From contig VGSZ01000005.1 of the NCBI GenBank assembly GCA_016874845.1, forward strand, positions 1 through 58,771: a stretch of 58,771 nucleotides of DNA, read 5' to 3'. Position numbers and translations under genes: made by a program. Under the pieces are notes generated by a model that saw only the letters and a program-made list of their open reading frames with translations, was not told where the DNA came from and made no database searches. Source of the stretch: Deltaproteobacteria bacterium (GTDB lineage Bacteria > Myxococcota > UBA727 > VGSZ01). Below, one piece after another: positions 1 to 9,632 of the stretch (position 1 is its first letter; the number at the start of each line of letters is the position of its first letter).

Positions 1-1939
1 GCAGCTGCAACGGCGTCTCGCCCAGCAGTCGTCCCCCCGACGACACCTGACCCCACCCGCCGACGATCTCGACGTACACCGTGCCGACGGCAGCCGTCGT
101 CGTCGCCGTCGAGCCTGCCGGGCTTGCCGCCGGCGGTGGCGCTGCCGGGAGGGCCGCCGCCGCCGCCGCCGCTGCCGGTGACGGCAGCGCTGCCGTCGAG
201 GCGGCGGACGGCACCGTGGCCGCAGCCGACGGCGTGGCCGCCACCGCAAGAGCCGGGGCACCGGCCGAGGCCACGGTCAGGGCGCCGGTCGAGGACGTCG
301 CCGGGGTGACCAGCGACGCGCCGGCGCGCCCGTCGTCGTGGCCGGCGCTCGTCCTCGACGACGACGACATGACCTGCGACCCGCCGACGGCGAGGGCGCC
401 GACGGCGATGACGCCGGCGCCCACCGCCACGAGCCCGCGGCGGGCGGGCCGGGGTCGGGCGACGGCCGTCGCGCCCGTCGGCGTCGGTGGGGAGGGCGGC
501 GCGGCGTCCGGCTGGGGCGACCACGAAGGCGCCGCGCCCGGCGGCGCGGCCGCCGCCGAGACGGCGGTGCGCGTCACCGGGGTGCCGTCTTGGTCGAAGA
601 GCAGGCGGTTCACCTCGGCGATAAGGGCGCCGTCCTCGAGCGCGGTGAGCGCCGCTCCCGCGCGCGATCCCGTGCGCGGCGTCGGCCCCGAGCGTGGCTC
701 CCCGGCGGCGCCGCGGGCGACCACGGGCAGGGCGTCGTCGACGGCAGCGCGAGGATCGGGCAACGCGACGGTGGTGGCCACGGCCCGACCGGCCGGCGCG
801 CCGATGTTCGACGGCGCGGCCAGCGCGCCGCCGCTGTTGGTGAAGACCACCGACGCCGTCGCGCTGCCGTCGGCCTCGGTCGACGGCAGCAGGTCGCCGT
901 CGTCTGCCTCGCCAAGGACCGTGGCCGGCGCGGCCGCGACGAGGGATGGGGACAGCACCGCGTCGGCGCTGGCCACCTGCGTGCTGCGCAGCGGCTGGGG
1001 CGCGCCGCTGGCAGCGTCGACGATGCGCGGAAACAGCGCGCGGACGTCGGCGGTGGCCGGGTCGAGGGCGCCCGAGAACAGGAACCGTTGCAGCGCCTGC
1101 TCCATCGCCCGCAGATCGGGGAAGCGGTGGGCGGGGTCGAACGCCAGCGCCCGCAGCACGATGGCCTCCAGGGCGGGCGCCAGGTCGCGGCGCAGGCTCG
1201 ACGGCGGCGGCACGTCGTGGGCAAGGATGCGACGCAGGATCGACACGTCGTTGTCGCCGGCGAACAGCCGCGCACCACACAGCAGCTCCCACAGCACGAC
1301 GCCAAGCGCCCACTGGTCGAGGCGGTGGTCGAAGGCGCGGCCCTCGGCCTGCTCGGGACTCATGTAGCCGACCTTGCCCTTCACGATCCCCGTCGACGTG
1401 TGCGTCGCCCGCTCGGCGGCGCGGGCGATGCCGAAGTCGGCGACCTTCACCTCGCCGCTGCGGCTGACGAGGATGTTGTGCGGGCTGACGTCGCGGTGGA
1501 CGATGCCCAGCGGACGGCCGTCCTCGACGAGGGAGTGCGCGTGGTGCAGGCCGCGGCAGGCGTCGACACCCAACTGCACGACCTCGCCGAACGACAGCGG
1601 CAGGCCCTTCTTGCGGCTCGCCTCGGCGACGCGTCGCAGATCGGCGCCGTCGACGAATTCCATCGCCAGGTACAGCGTCGCGCCGGAGTCTTCTTCGACC
1701 TCGCCGAAGTCGAAGACCTGCACGACGTTGCCGTGCTGCAGCTTCGCCGCCGTCTTCGCCTCGTCGCGGAACATCGTCACGAACTCGGCGTCCTCGAGAA
1801 AATTGGGCAGCACCCGTTTGATGCACACGCGCTTGCTGAACCCCTCGGTGGCCGTGCGCGCGCGGAAGATCTCGGCCATGCCGCCCATCGCGATGCGCTC
1901 TTCGAGCACGTACCGGCCGTAGGGTCGAGGAAAAGCCAC
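1..1939 (-). CDS. Ser/Thr protein kinase with TM segment and C-terminal PEGA-like region (partial, runs off left edge)
   Basis: Not in the ORF track because it is open at the edge. Manual translation from GTG at 1939 gives VAFPRPYGRYVLEERIAMGGMAEIF..VCIKRVLP..YLAMEFVDG..IVHRDVSPHNIL..KVADFGIA..KGKVGYMSPEQ, ending GWGQVSSGGRLLGETPLQL. Confidence 0.9.
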   Translation of the reverse strand, partial: MAFPRPYGRYVLEERIAMGGMAEIFRARTATEGFSKRVCIKRVLPNFLEDAEFVTMFRDEAKTAAKLQHGNVVQVFDFGEVEEDSGATLYLAMEFVDGADLRRVAEASRKKGLPLSFGEVVQLGVDACRGLHHAHSLVEDGRPLGIVHRDVSPHNILVSRSGEVKVADFGIARAAERATHTSTGIVKGKVGYMSPEQAEGRAFDHRLDQWALGVVLWELLCGARLFAGDNDVSILRRILAHDVPPPSSLRRDLAPALEAIVLRALAFDPAHRFPDLRAMEQALQRFLFSGALDPATADVRALFPRIVDAASGAPQPLRSTQVASADAVLSPSLVAAAPATVLGEADDGDLLPSTEADGSATASVVFTNSGGALAAPSNIGAPAGRAVATTVALPDPRAAVDDALPVVARGAAGEPRSGPTPRTGSRAGAALTALEDGALIAEVNRLLFDQDGTPVTRTAVSAAAAPPGAAPSWSPQPDAAPPSPPTPTGATAVARPRPARRGLVAVGAGVIAVGALAVGGSQVMSSSSRTSAGHDDGRAGASLVTPATSSTGALTVASAGAPALAVAATPSAAATVPSAASTAALPSPAAAAAAAALPAAPPPAASPAGSTATTTAAVGTVYVEIVGGWGQVSSGGRLLGETPLQL

Positions 1940-1976
1940 GATCCAGCGTACCAAGAAGCTCGCGGGGCAGCGGTCG

Positions 1977-3446
1977 TCACCGCGACGGCGGCGGCACCTG
2001 CATCAGGTCCGGCGTCACCTTCGTCGCTGGACGCGGCGCGCGCCGGCTGGCTCCGGGCGCTGCCGGACTCTCCGCGCGCGGCGGCACGGCGGGCGTCGTC
2101 GTTCCGGTGGACGGCGCCGGCTCCGCCGCCGGGATCGCCGGCATCGCTGGCGCCGCCGGCATTGCGGGCATCGCCGGCATCGCCGGCATTGCGGGCATCG
2201 CCGGCGTCGCCGGCGTCGTCGCGGTGGGGGGGCGGTCATCGCCGCGGCCAGCGAGCGTGCCGCCGACGGTGAGCGCGCTGGCCGCGAAGACGACGCCGAA
2301 GACGGCGGCGGCGATGAGTCGGCGCCGGCGCCTCGCGGCGGTCGCGTCGGCGGGCACGGACCCCGGCGCGACGGCGAGGACGTCGGAGGCCGCCGTCGCG
2401 GCCCCCTGGGGGATGCCCGCGGCGACGGCGACGGGTGGCGGCGTGCCCCGCGCGGCGAACGCCGTGATCGGCGTGCGCATGTCGGTGACCGTGCGGTAGA
2501 CGGGGCTGCCGTCGAGCTCATGCTCGCGGCCGTGCTCGAGACCGTCGGTGGGGAGCGTTGCCGTCGGTGCGTCGGCGAGCGCGGCGAGATGATCGAGCTC
2601 GCGCAGGAGCACCGCAGCGTCGGCGGGGCGCGCGTCGGGGGACTTCTCGAGCAGACGCAGCACGAGAGCGTCGACAGCAGGCGGCACCGCGGTGCACAGG
2701 CTGCTCGGCCGCGGCGGCGGGTCGCTGACGTGGCGCATCGTGAGCGCGAAGGGGCTCGGCGCCTCGAACGGCCGCGCGCCGGTGAGCATCTCGAACCAGG
2801 TGACGCCGACGCCGTAGAAGTCCGAGCGCGGGTCGTCGCCGGCGAGGCCGAGCACGACCTCGGGGGCGATGAAGCCCGGCGTGCCGACGACGAGCCCGGT
2901 GCCGGTCATCGTCATGCCCTCGGGCAGGGCGGTGTGCTTGGCGACGCCAAAGTCGAGCAGCTTCACGAGCGGTGCGTCGCCGGGCGCGCCAGGCACGAGG
3001 AAGACGTTCTCGGGCTTGACGTCGCGGTGGATGAGCCCGAGCGCGTGGGCGGCCCCCAGCGCGGCGACGACGCCGCGCACCATGGGCAGCGACGCGCGCC
3101 ACGACAGCGGCCCGCGGCCCCGCACGAGCTGCTTCACCGTGTGGCCTTGCAGCAGCTCCATCGTCATCCACAGCGCGTCGTCAGCGACGCCGGCGTGGTA
3201 GAAGGTGACGACGTTGTCGTGCTGCAGCGCGCGCAGGGCGTCGACCTCGCGGAAGAAGCGCGCGCGGGCCTCGGCGTTGTCGGCGAGCGTCTGCTTGACG
3301 ACCTTCAGCGCCACGCGCCTGCCGTCTTGCAGATCGTCGGCGACGTAGACGGCACCCATGCCGCCCGCACCGAGCTCGCGCAGGCGGCGGAAGCGACCGG
3401 CGAAGGGTGCGTCCGACGGAGGATCGGCGGCGACGGGCTCGGTCAT
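1977..3446 (-). CDS. Ser/Thr protein kinase, membrane-anchored
   Basis: LGAGGMGAVY, VALK, HRDVKPEN, DFGVAK and GTPGFIAPE motifs; TM segment LIAAAVFGVVFAASALTV; ATG 3446 (MTEP) chosen over the longer ORF start. Confidence 0.92.
   Translation of the reverse strand: MTEPVAADPPSDAPFAGRFRRLRELGAGGMGAVYVADDLQDGRRVALKVVKQTLADNAEARARFFREVDALRALQHDNVVTFYHAGVADDALWMTMELLQGHTVKQLVRGRGPLSWRASLPMVRGVVAALGAAHALGLIHRDVKPENVFLVPGAPGDAPLVKLLDFGVAKHTALPEGMTMTGTGLVVGTPGFIAPEVVLGLAGDDPRSDFYGVGVTWFEMLTGARPFEAPSPFALTMRHVSDPPPRPSSLCTAVPPAVDALVLRLLEKSPDARPADAAVLLRELDHLAALADAPTATLPTDGLEHGREHELDGSPVYRTVTDMRTPITAFAARGTPPPVAVAAGIPQGAATAASDVLAVAPGSVPADATAARRRRRLIAAAVFGVVFAASALTVGGTLAGRGDDRPPTATTPATPAMPAMPAMPAMPAMPAAPAMPAIPAAEPAPSTGTTTPAVPPRAESPAAPGASRRAPRPATKVTPDLMQVPPPSR
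2133..2220. repeat. 9-bp tandem repeat encoding (PAM)n linker in the kinase tail
   Basis: Repeated ggcatcgcc/ggcattgcg units; protein reads PATPAMPAMPAMPAMPAMPAAPAM. Confidence 0.75.
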
Positions 3447-3592
3447 CGTGGGCGCCAGCGTAGCAGGCTGCCGAGAGTGGCCCTCTACTCGCTCGTCCAG
3501 CGCCCTGCGCGAGAGCCGATCCGCACCGCGGACCAAGCCCGGCGCGCCGGCGTGGCGCCCGCTGCGTCCGTCCTACGACCTCGGCGTACGCG

Positions 3593-6500
3593 TCAGCGTG
3601 TCCGTGACCACGTCAGACGGACGTCCGTGGGCTCCTCGTAGTAGGAGTCGACGCCGACGAAGATCGTCCGGGCGGCGCCGGCGGGTGGGACGGTGATCGT
3701 CTCGGCGTCGCCGCCGAAGCCACGGTCGCTGCCGGCGACGCAGGCGTTGGCCGCCGGCGGACAGCCGGTGAAGGCGTACAGTGAGATGTCGGTCGTGCTC
3801 GGTTCGTTCCCTTGCCCGACCGGCGTCGCCGTCAGCGTCGCGCCCTCGCCGGCGGCGAGGGCGAGCGCATAGAACGCGTCAGGCCCCGTCGAAGAGTAGC
3901 CGGTGCAGGCCCCGATCTGGTCGACGTCAACGTCGTCGGCGCGCCCGAAGAGCGTGACGGCCTCCTCGCCGCCGTCGCCGGTCAGCGGCAGCGCGCTGGT
4001 GCACCGGTCGCCGCGCTCGCCCTGGATGGCGATCGTGACCTGCACGTCGTCGTGCTCGCTCGGCGACGGCCCGATGACGAGGGCGGTCGGTCCCGTGGGG
4101 CCGCCCTCAGCCACGAGCCGCACCGAGAACGCCAGCCGCTCGACGGTGGCCGTGCCGATCGGCGGGCCAGGCCGCCCGTCGGCGGTCAACCCGTGCACCG
4201 CGACGTCGATGTCGCTGTCGAATTGACCGTCGACCTCGACGAGGAGGCGGCGCTCACCGCTCCAGTCCGGCAGCGGGATCACGTCGGCGTCGGTCGGGAA
4301 GCAGAGGCTGCGCCGCGTCGCGAGCTCCGCCCCGGTCGCAGGCGGCCCGGCCGGCCGGCTGCGGTCGTCGAGCGCGGCGACCAGCGAGTCACCCTCGTCG
4401 AGGGTGCAGCCCGACTGGACCGCCAGGCGCCACCGGGTCGTCGTCGCGGCGGTGGCCTCGGGCGGGGCCGACAGCGTCAGCACGTAGGCGCCGCGGGCGA
4501 GCTCGTCGTCGAGCGCGAGGGACGCCGACGCCACGGCGGCGATGACCGCCTGTCCGGCGCTCGCGCTCGCCGGCTCGTCGAGCGTGGCGGCCCGCACGAC
4601 CAGCGCCGACGGCGACAGGCCGGTCAACAGCACGTCGAGCGGACCGCCGCCGTGCTGGTAGAGCCGCTGGTCGACGTCGCCGGCGCAGAGCACACCCTCG
4701 CCGAGGGCGACCCAGTCGTCACCCTCGAGGTCTTCGCTGACCGACAGCGGCCGCGCGCCCTGCTCGTCGTCGTCGCCGGGGTCGGCGGCGTCGGGCGTAC
4801 AGCTCGCCTGCACCGGCTGCGCGCGCAGCTGCAACTCGAAGGGCAGGAACGGCCGCTCAGGCTCCGCCGCATCAAAGTCCTGCGCTTCGACGACGACGTA
4901 CAGCGTGCCGGCGTTGACCGCGGCGAGGCTGAGCGCCGGCAGCACGCCGGCTTGCGAGTCGGCGCAGGCGAGGTCGTTGCGCTTCAGCGCGCAGTCGCCG
5001 GTGAACGCCCAGAGGTTGAACCGGTAGGCGTCGTCGCTGAGGTTCAACGACGCGAGGGTGATCTCCACGTCGGCGTCAGCCGCGAGGGTCACGGCAAGGA
5101 CCGCCTCGACGCGGTCGGCGTCGCTGACCTCGCACCGCAGCGTGCGCAGCCGGTCCTGCTGGCTGACGACGGTCCCCGTGACCGTGACCGTCGTTCCGTC
5201 GACGGGCAGCGACACCGTCGTGGTGACCGGGCACTCGCCGCTGCGGTCGCGCGGTGCGGCGCGGAAGCCCCGCGGCACCCGCTCGAGCAGCGCCGCTGAG
5301 CGTCCCTCGCCATCGATGACCAGGGCCCGGTCGGCGTCGAGGGCGACGGCGACGAGCGCAACCGGCGACCACGGCACCTGCGGCCCCGCGACAGCCGGCG
5401 TCGACGGCGACAGGAACGACGTCGCCGACGACGGCGCCGCGCAGTCGCGATCGAGGCAGCCGCCGAGCACCGCCACCATCCCGGCGAAAGGCGCGACCGC
5501 CGGGCGCACGAGGGCGCGATCGAGCGCGGTGGACGTCACCGCGAGGGTCGCGGCGTCGACGAACTCGACGAGTGCGCTCGGTGCGTCGTCGACCAGACCG
5601 CCCGCGACGATGGCCACGCCGGGCAGGGCGCCAAGGGTCACCGACGAGCGTTCGGCCACTGTCACCGCAGCGACGCTCTCGATCCGGCCATGCACAAACG
5701 CAGCAAGCGGCCGCTCGGGGGGCTCGGAGCGATCGAAGCCATGGACGAACGTGAGGCCGGCAGGCTCGGCGGCGGGGATGCCGATGGCCCGGCCCGCCGC
5801 CGACACCGCGGGCACTGCGGAGGGGAAGAGCGACAGGGGACTCTGGGCCTCACAGTCACGATCGATGCAAATGCAGACCGGGGCGCGGTCGATCGGGGAG
5901 CCGATCGGATCGACGCAGACGAAGCCCGGCGGGCACCCCACAGCGCAGGGCGGGGCACTGGCGACGAGCAGGAATGACCCGTCCGAGGAGCTTGGGTGGA
6001 CGACGAACGTGTCGGGACCCGAGGCGATGAGCGACGGCCTCACCTCGAGCGCTCGGTCGTAGGAATCCACGCGTGAAAACTGTTGCAGCCGAAGGCCACT
6101 GGCGGTCGACAGGTGCCAGACATCCATGCTGCCTGAGTCGTCGTTACCCACCACGAGGCCGCCGCCCTCGACGGAGGCGACGACCGCGGTCAAAGAGACA
6201 CTCGCTTCGAAGTCTCGCATCGCCCATTGCTCGGTGCGCGGGTCGAAGACCTGCAGACCGGGCTTCACGGAGTCCGGCGGCTGCTCGTCCGTAAACACCG
6301 CGAGCCCATCCACGAGAGCCACCGACGGGTTGTCCACGGCGAACGGCAGCGGCGCCACCGGCCGGAACCCGACGCACGTCGCCTCGTCGAACGGCACGTA
6401 CCCCACCGGACAATCGATGCGCGTCGCCGTGACGACGAACCGCCCGGGGTCGCCTGCGGGCGGCGTGCCGTGCACGACCACCGCCCACGTGCCCGCCGCG

Positions 6501-7009
6501 AGGCGCGGCACCCGCACCGTCGCCGAGCAGCCGTCGTCGTCGTCGCGGCACGACGAGCGCTCGCCGCAGGCGCCGTCGTCGTCGCAGGCGCCGTCGCGCG
6601 CGCGCCGCAACTCCACCGATACCGCGAAGGTGGCGTTGACGGTCACCTCCACGCCGCTGTCGTCGTCAAGGTTCAGCGCGAACACCACGCTGTGCGTCCC
6701 CGGGGCGTCGCACCCCGTCGCCGGCGTCACCCGCGCGGCGTCGCCAAACGTCGACGCCGCGCGCAGCAGCACCGCGTCGTCGCCCCCGTCGGGCGCGCGC
6801 CACGGCACCGGCTCGGCGCAGCTGCCGCCGGCATCGGTGGCGGCGCGCACGGGCACGCAGCGATCGTCGACGCACACGGGCGCGTCCTCGCCACATCCGG
6901 AGTCGTCCCCGCAGCGGCGCCCGAAGCTCGGCTCCGTCGAACAGCCACCCACAAGGACGGCGACGCAGACGAGCACCACCACGACCAGGGACCACGGTGC
7001 GCGCGTCAC
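3593..7009 (-). CDS. Large Cys-rich lipoprotein with kelch-like propeller region and several PPC-like beta-sandwich modules
   Basis: GTG 7009 overlaps the upstream TGA (GTGA coupling); signal peptide ending VLVGG-C; kelch-like VAGG..VEFVD and VLGG segments; PPC-like GTWAVVVHG, GTLYVVVE, GPDAFYAL..DISLY..IFVGVDSY. Confidence 0.7.
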   Translation of the reverse strand: MTRAPWSLVVVVLVCVAVLVGGCSTEPSFGRRCGDDSGCGEDAPVCVDDRCVPVRAATDAGGSCAEPVPWRAPDGGDDAVLLRAASTFGDAARVTPATGCDAPGTHSVVFALNLDDDSGVEVTVNATFAVSVELRRARDGACDDDGACGERSSCRDDDDGCSATVRVPRLAAGTWAVVVHGTPPAGDPGRFVVTATRIDCPVGYVPFDEATCVGFRPVAPLPFAVDNPSVALVDGLAVFTDEQPPDSVKPGLQVFDPRTEQWAMRDFEASVSLTAVVASVEGGGLVVGNDDSGSMDVWHLSTASGLRLQQFSRVDSYDRALEVRPSLIASGPDTFVVHPSSSDGSFLLVASAPPCAVGCPPGFVCVDPIGSPIDRAPVCICIDRDCEAQSPLSLFPSAVPAVSAAGRAIGIPAAEPAGLTFVHGFDRSEPPERPLAAFVHGRIESVAAVTVAERSSVTLGALPGVAIVAGGLVDDAPSALVEFVDAATLAVTSTALDRALVRPAVAPFAGMVAVLGGCLDRDCAAPSSATSFLSPSTPAVAGPQVPWSPVALVAVALDADRALVIDGEGRSAALLERVPRGFRAAPRDRSGECPVTTTVSLPVDGTTVTVTGTVVSQQDRLRTLRCEVSDADRVEAVLAVTLAADADVEITLASLNLSDDAYRFNLWAFTGDCALKRNDLACADSQAGVLPALSLAAVNAGTLYVVVEAQDFDAAEPERPFLPFELQLRAQPVQASCTPDAADPGDDDEQGARPLSVSEDLEGDDWVALGEGVLCAGDVDQRLYQHGGGPLDVLLTGLSPSALVVRAATLDEPASASAGQAVIAAVASASLALDDELARGAYVLTLSAPPEATAATTTRWRLAVQSGCTLDEGDSLVAALDDRSRPAGPPATGAELATRRSLCFPTDADVIPLPDWSGERRLLVEVDGQFDSDIDVAVHGLTADGRPGPPIGTATVERLAFSVRLVAEGGPTGPTALVIGPSPSEHDDVQVTIAIQGERGDRCTSALPLTGDGGEEAVTLFGRADDVDVDQIGACTGYSSTGPDAFYALALAAGEGATLTATPVGQGNEPSTTDISLYAFTGCPPAANACVAGSDRGFGGDAETITVPPAGAARTIFVGVDSYYEEPTDVRLTWSRTR

Positions 7010-8229
7010 GGTACGACCTCCTCGGTCTGCGTCAGCGCCAGCCACACGCCGCCGGCCAGCGCCCCGCCGCCGCCGAGCGCGAGCACGGCGCCAGCCACGA
7101 GCGCCGTCGCGCCGCTCCCCCACGCCGCGCTCGCCTGATCGAGCTCGTCGCGGCGGCCGTCGACGTCTTCGAGCGCCTGGCCGGGATCGACGCGATAGCC
7201 CGCGCGGCTCTCGTCGACGGCGTCGACGGCGGCCGACAGGCGCAGCCACGACTGCACGCCGAGGCCGACGAGCGCGACGCCGCCAAGAGCGGCGGCGCCG
7301 CCGGCGGAGGCGACGCCAGTGCCCAGGGCCGGCGCCGGCCGGCGCGTGATGGCGCAGGTGCGCTCGCAGCCGTCGCCGTCCGTGTCATTGCCGTCGTCGC
7401 AGCGCTCGCCCGCCGTGACGATGCCATTGCCGCAGGCGGTGACGACGCAGCCGTGGTCGCAGCCGTCGCCGTCGCGGTCGTTGCCGTCGTCGCACTGCTC
7501 ACCGGCGGTGCGCACGCCGTTGCCGCAGGCGGTGGCGACGCAGCCGCGGTCGCAGCCGTCGCCGTCCTTGGCGTTGCCGTCGTCGCACTGCTCGCCGGCG
7601 GTGACGACGCCGTTGCCGCAGGCGGTGACGCTGCAGTCGTGGTCGCAGCCGTCGCCGTCGATGGCGTTGCCGTCGTCGCACTGCTCGCCGACGGTGACGA
7701 CGCCGTTGCCGCAGGCGGTGACGCTGCAGTCGTGGTCGCAGCCGTCGCCGTCGATGGCGTTGCCGTCGTCGCAGCGCTCGCCCTGCTGCAAGAACCAGTC
7801 GCCGCACGACGGCGGCAGCGGGCAGGACATGCCCGGACCCTCGCGCACCATGGTGGCGAAGACCTCGTCGACGCGGCGTCGGATCGTGGTCTTGCGCTCG
7901 TGGTCGGGGTAGCGGGTCTGGGCGAGGCGGTACTGGTCGAGGGCGCGGGCCCGGTCGCTGGCGGCGTAGGCGACCTCGGCGGCGTTGTAGACGGCGTAGG
8001 GCGATGGCCAGCGCGCGTCGAGGGCGAGGAACGCCGCCAGCGCCCGGCACCAGTCGCGGGCCTCGACGGCGCCGACGGCGACGCCGACCAGCGCCGGCGG
8101 CGGGGCCGACATCGTCTGCGTCGCCGGGGCGGTCGGGGCGGCCGGGGCGGCGCGCGCCTCGGGGGACCCGGGGAGCAGCGCGGCGACGAGCACGGCGACG
8201 GCAGGCAGGGTGACGACAGGGACGCGCAC
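7006..8229 (-). CDS. Secreted/membrane protein with myxobacterial Cys-rich (DUF4215-like) repeats and a TPR-like N-terminus
   Basis: Five CGNG-x-GEQCDDGN-x-DGDGC repeats; N-terminal hydrophobic signal; C-terminal hydrophobic segments; start uncertain (GTG 8229). Confidence 0.85.
   Translation of the reverse strand: MRVPVVTLPAVAVLVAALLPGSPEARAAPAAPTAPATQTMSAPPPALVGVAVGAVEARDWCRALAAFLALDARWPSPYAVYNAAEVAYAASDRARALDQYRLAQTRYPDHERKTTIRRRVDEVFATMVREGPGMSCPLPPSCGDWFLQQGERCDDGNAIDGDGCDHDCSVTACGNGVVTVGEQCDDGNAIDGDGCDHDCSVTACGNGVVTAGEQCDDGNAKDGDGCDRGCVATACGNGVRTAGEQCDDGNDRDGDGCDHGCVVTACGNGIVTAGERCDDGNDTDGDGCERTCAITRRPAPALGTGVASAGGAAALGGVALVGLGVQSWLRLSAAVDAVDESRAGYRVDPGQALEDVDGRRDELDQASAAWGSGATALVAGAVLALGGGGALAGGVWLALTQTEEVVP
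7354..7806. repeat. Five ~93-bp tandem repeats (31-aa Cys-rich unit)
   Basis: Near-identical units such as gcagccgtcgccgtcgatggcgttgccgtcgtcgcactgctcgcc. Confidence 0.9.
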
Positions 8230-8345
8230 GGCAGCAGGATCGTCGAAAGACCGCGCGGGGTGCAAACGCGCCGGCGGGCGCGGTTCGCGGCGCGGGTCGC
8301 GACGGTGCGTTGACAGGTCCGACGGGTGGGCGAAACCACCGCTTC

Positions 8346-9569
8346 ATGCGCCCCGACGTCGTCGCCCTCTTCCGCGGTCTGCTCGCCACCGGCCTGGCCG
8401 CCGTCGTCGTCGTCGGGGTCAACGCCGGCTGCGACTACGTGCTCGCCGGGCCGCTGCTTGGGTACGAGAACGACGACGAGGCCTGCGTCGATCAGCGCGA
8501 CAACGACGCCGACGGCGCCGTCGATTGCGAGGACCCCGACTGCTGGATCTTCTCGAACCGCTGCGGCGAGCTGCCGAACGAGGACCGCGGCTTCGACCCC
8601 GAGGATAGCCTCGACGAGTGCACCGATCGCCTCGACACCGACGGCAACGGCTTCTTCGACTGCGAGGAATTCGGCTGCCAGGACATCCTCGAGCTGTGCT
8701 GCGTGCTCGAGTTCGACGACGCGTCCTGCTCCGACGGCGTCGATAACGACCGCGACGGCGACGTCGACTGCCAAGACCGCAGCTGCCGCACCGGCGCCTA
8801 CGTCACGGTCTGCGACGAAGGTACCGACGTCACCTGCGACGACGGCCGCGACAACGACGCCGACGGCGCCGCCGACTGCGACGACGACGACTGCGCCGAG
8901 GAGGCGCCGTGCCTGCCGGTGGTCGAGTCGGGCCCCGAGGACACCCTGGCGCGCTGCCAGGACGGCGGCGACAACGACGGCAACGGCTACAGCGATTGCG
9001 GAGACTTCTCCTGCTCGCAGTCCGACGACGAGCAGATCGCGCTGTACTGCGCCGAGCGCAGCGAGGACACCCTCGAGAAGTGCAGCGACGGCGAGGACAA
9101 CGACGGCAACGGCTTCGTCGACTGCGCCGACTTCAGCTGTAGCCAGTCCACCGACGAGCCCCTGTTCCTGTTCTGTCGCGAGCGCAGCGAGACGACGAAG
9201 GACAAGTGCAGCGACGGTGAGGACAATGACGGCAACGGCTTCGTCGACTGCGCCGACTTCAGCTGCACCGGCGAGGACGCCGATGAGGACGCGATCACCT
9301 ACTGCGACTCGGTGACCGAGCGCAGCCCCGCGAAGTGCAGCGACGACATCGACAACGACGGCAACGGCTTCATCGACTGCAGCGACAACGGCTGCCGCTT
9401 CTCGTCCGACCCGGCGGTGCTCGCCGTGTGCCGCGAGTCCGCCGACCCCGCCCACTGCGACGACGGCGAAGACAACGACGGCGACGGCTTCGTCGACTGC
9501 GCCGACTTCGACTGCGCCTACGACCCGGCGGTCACCGCCTGCGCCGGGCAGGCCCGCCCGTGCGAGTGA
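8346..9569 (+). CDS. Lipoprotein with nine C-x-DG-x-DNDGNG-x2-DC-x-D-x2-C repeats (putative Ca/metal-binding)
   Basis: ATG 8346; lipobox VNAG-C; nine repeats counted, e.g. CSDGEDNDGNGFVDCADFSC. Confidence 0.85.
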   Translation: MRPDVVALFRGLLATGLAAVVVVGVNAGCDYVLAGPLLGYENDDEACVDQRDNDADGAVDCEDPDCWIFSNRCGELPNEDRGFDPEDSLDECTDRLDTDGNGFFDCEEFGCQDILELCCVLEFDDASCSDGVDNDRDGDVDCQDRSCRTGAYVTVCDEGTDVTCDDGRDNDADGAADCDDDDCAEEAPCLPVVESGPEDTLARCQDGGDNDGNGYSDCGDFSCSQSDDEQIALYCAERSEDTLEKCSDGEDNDGNGFVDCADFSCSQSTDEPLFLFCRERSETTKDKCSDGEDNDGNGFVDCADFSCTGEDADEDAITYCDSVTERSPAKCSDDIDNDGNGFIDCSDNGCRFSSDPAVLAVCRESADPAHCDDGEDNDGDGFVDCADFDCAYDPAVTACAGQARPCE

Positions 9570-9632
9570 GCCGCGTCGTTGCCGCGCTCAGCCGCCTCTT
9601 CTTTCGCCCGTCTCCCCCCCGAGGAAGTCCCC

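Noticed and set aside
8470-9530. Regularly spaced repeats with variable spacers as a CRISPR-like or DGR array
   Set aside because: They are in-frame protein repeats with synonymous variation, and no reverse transcriptase is present.
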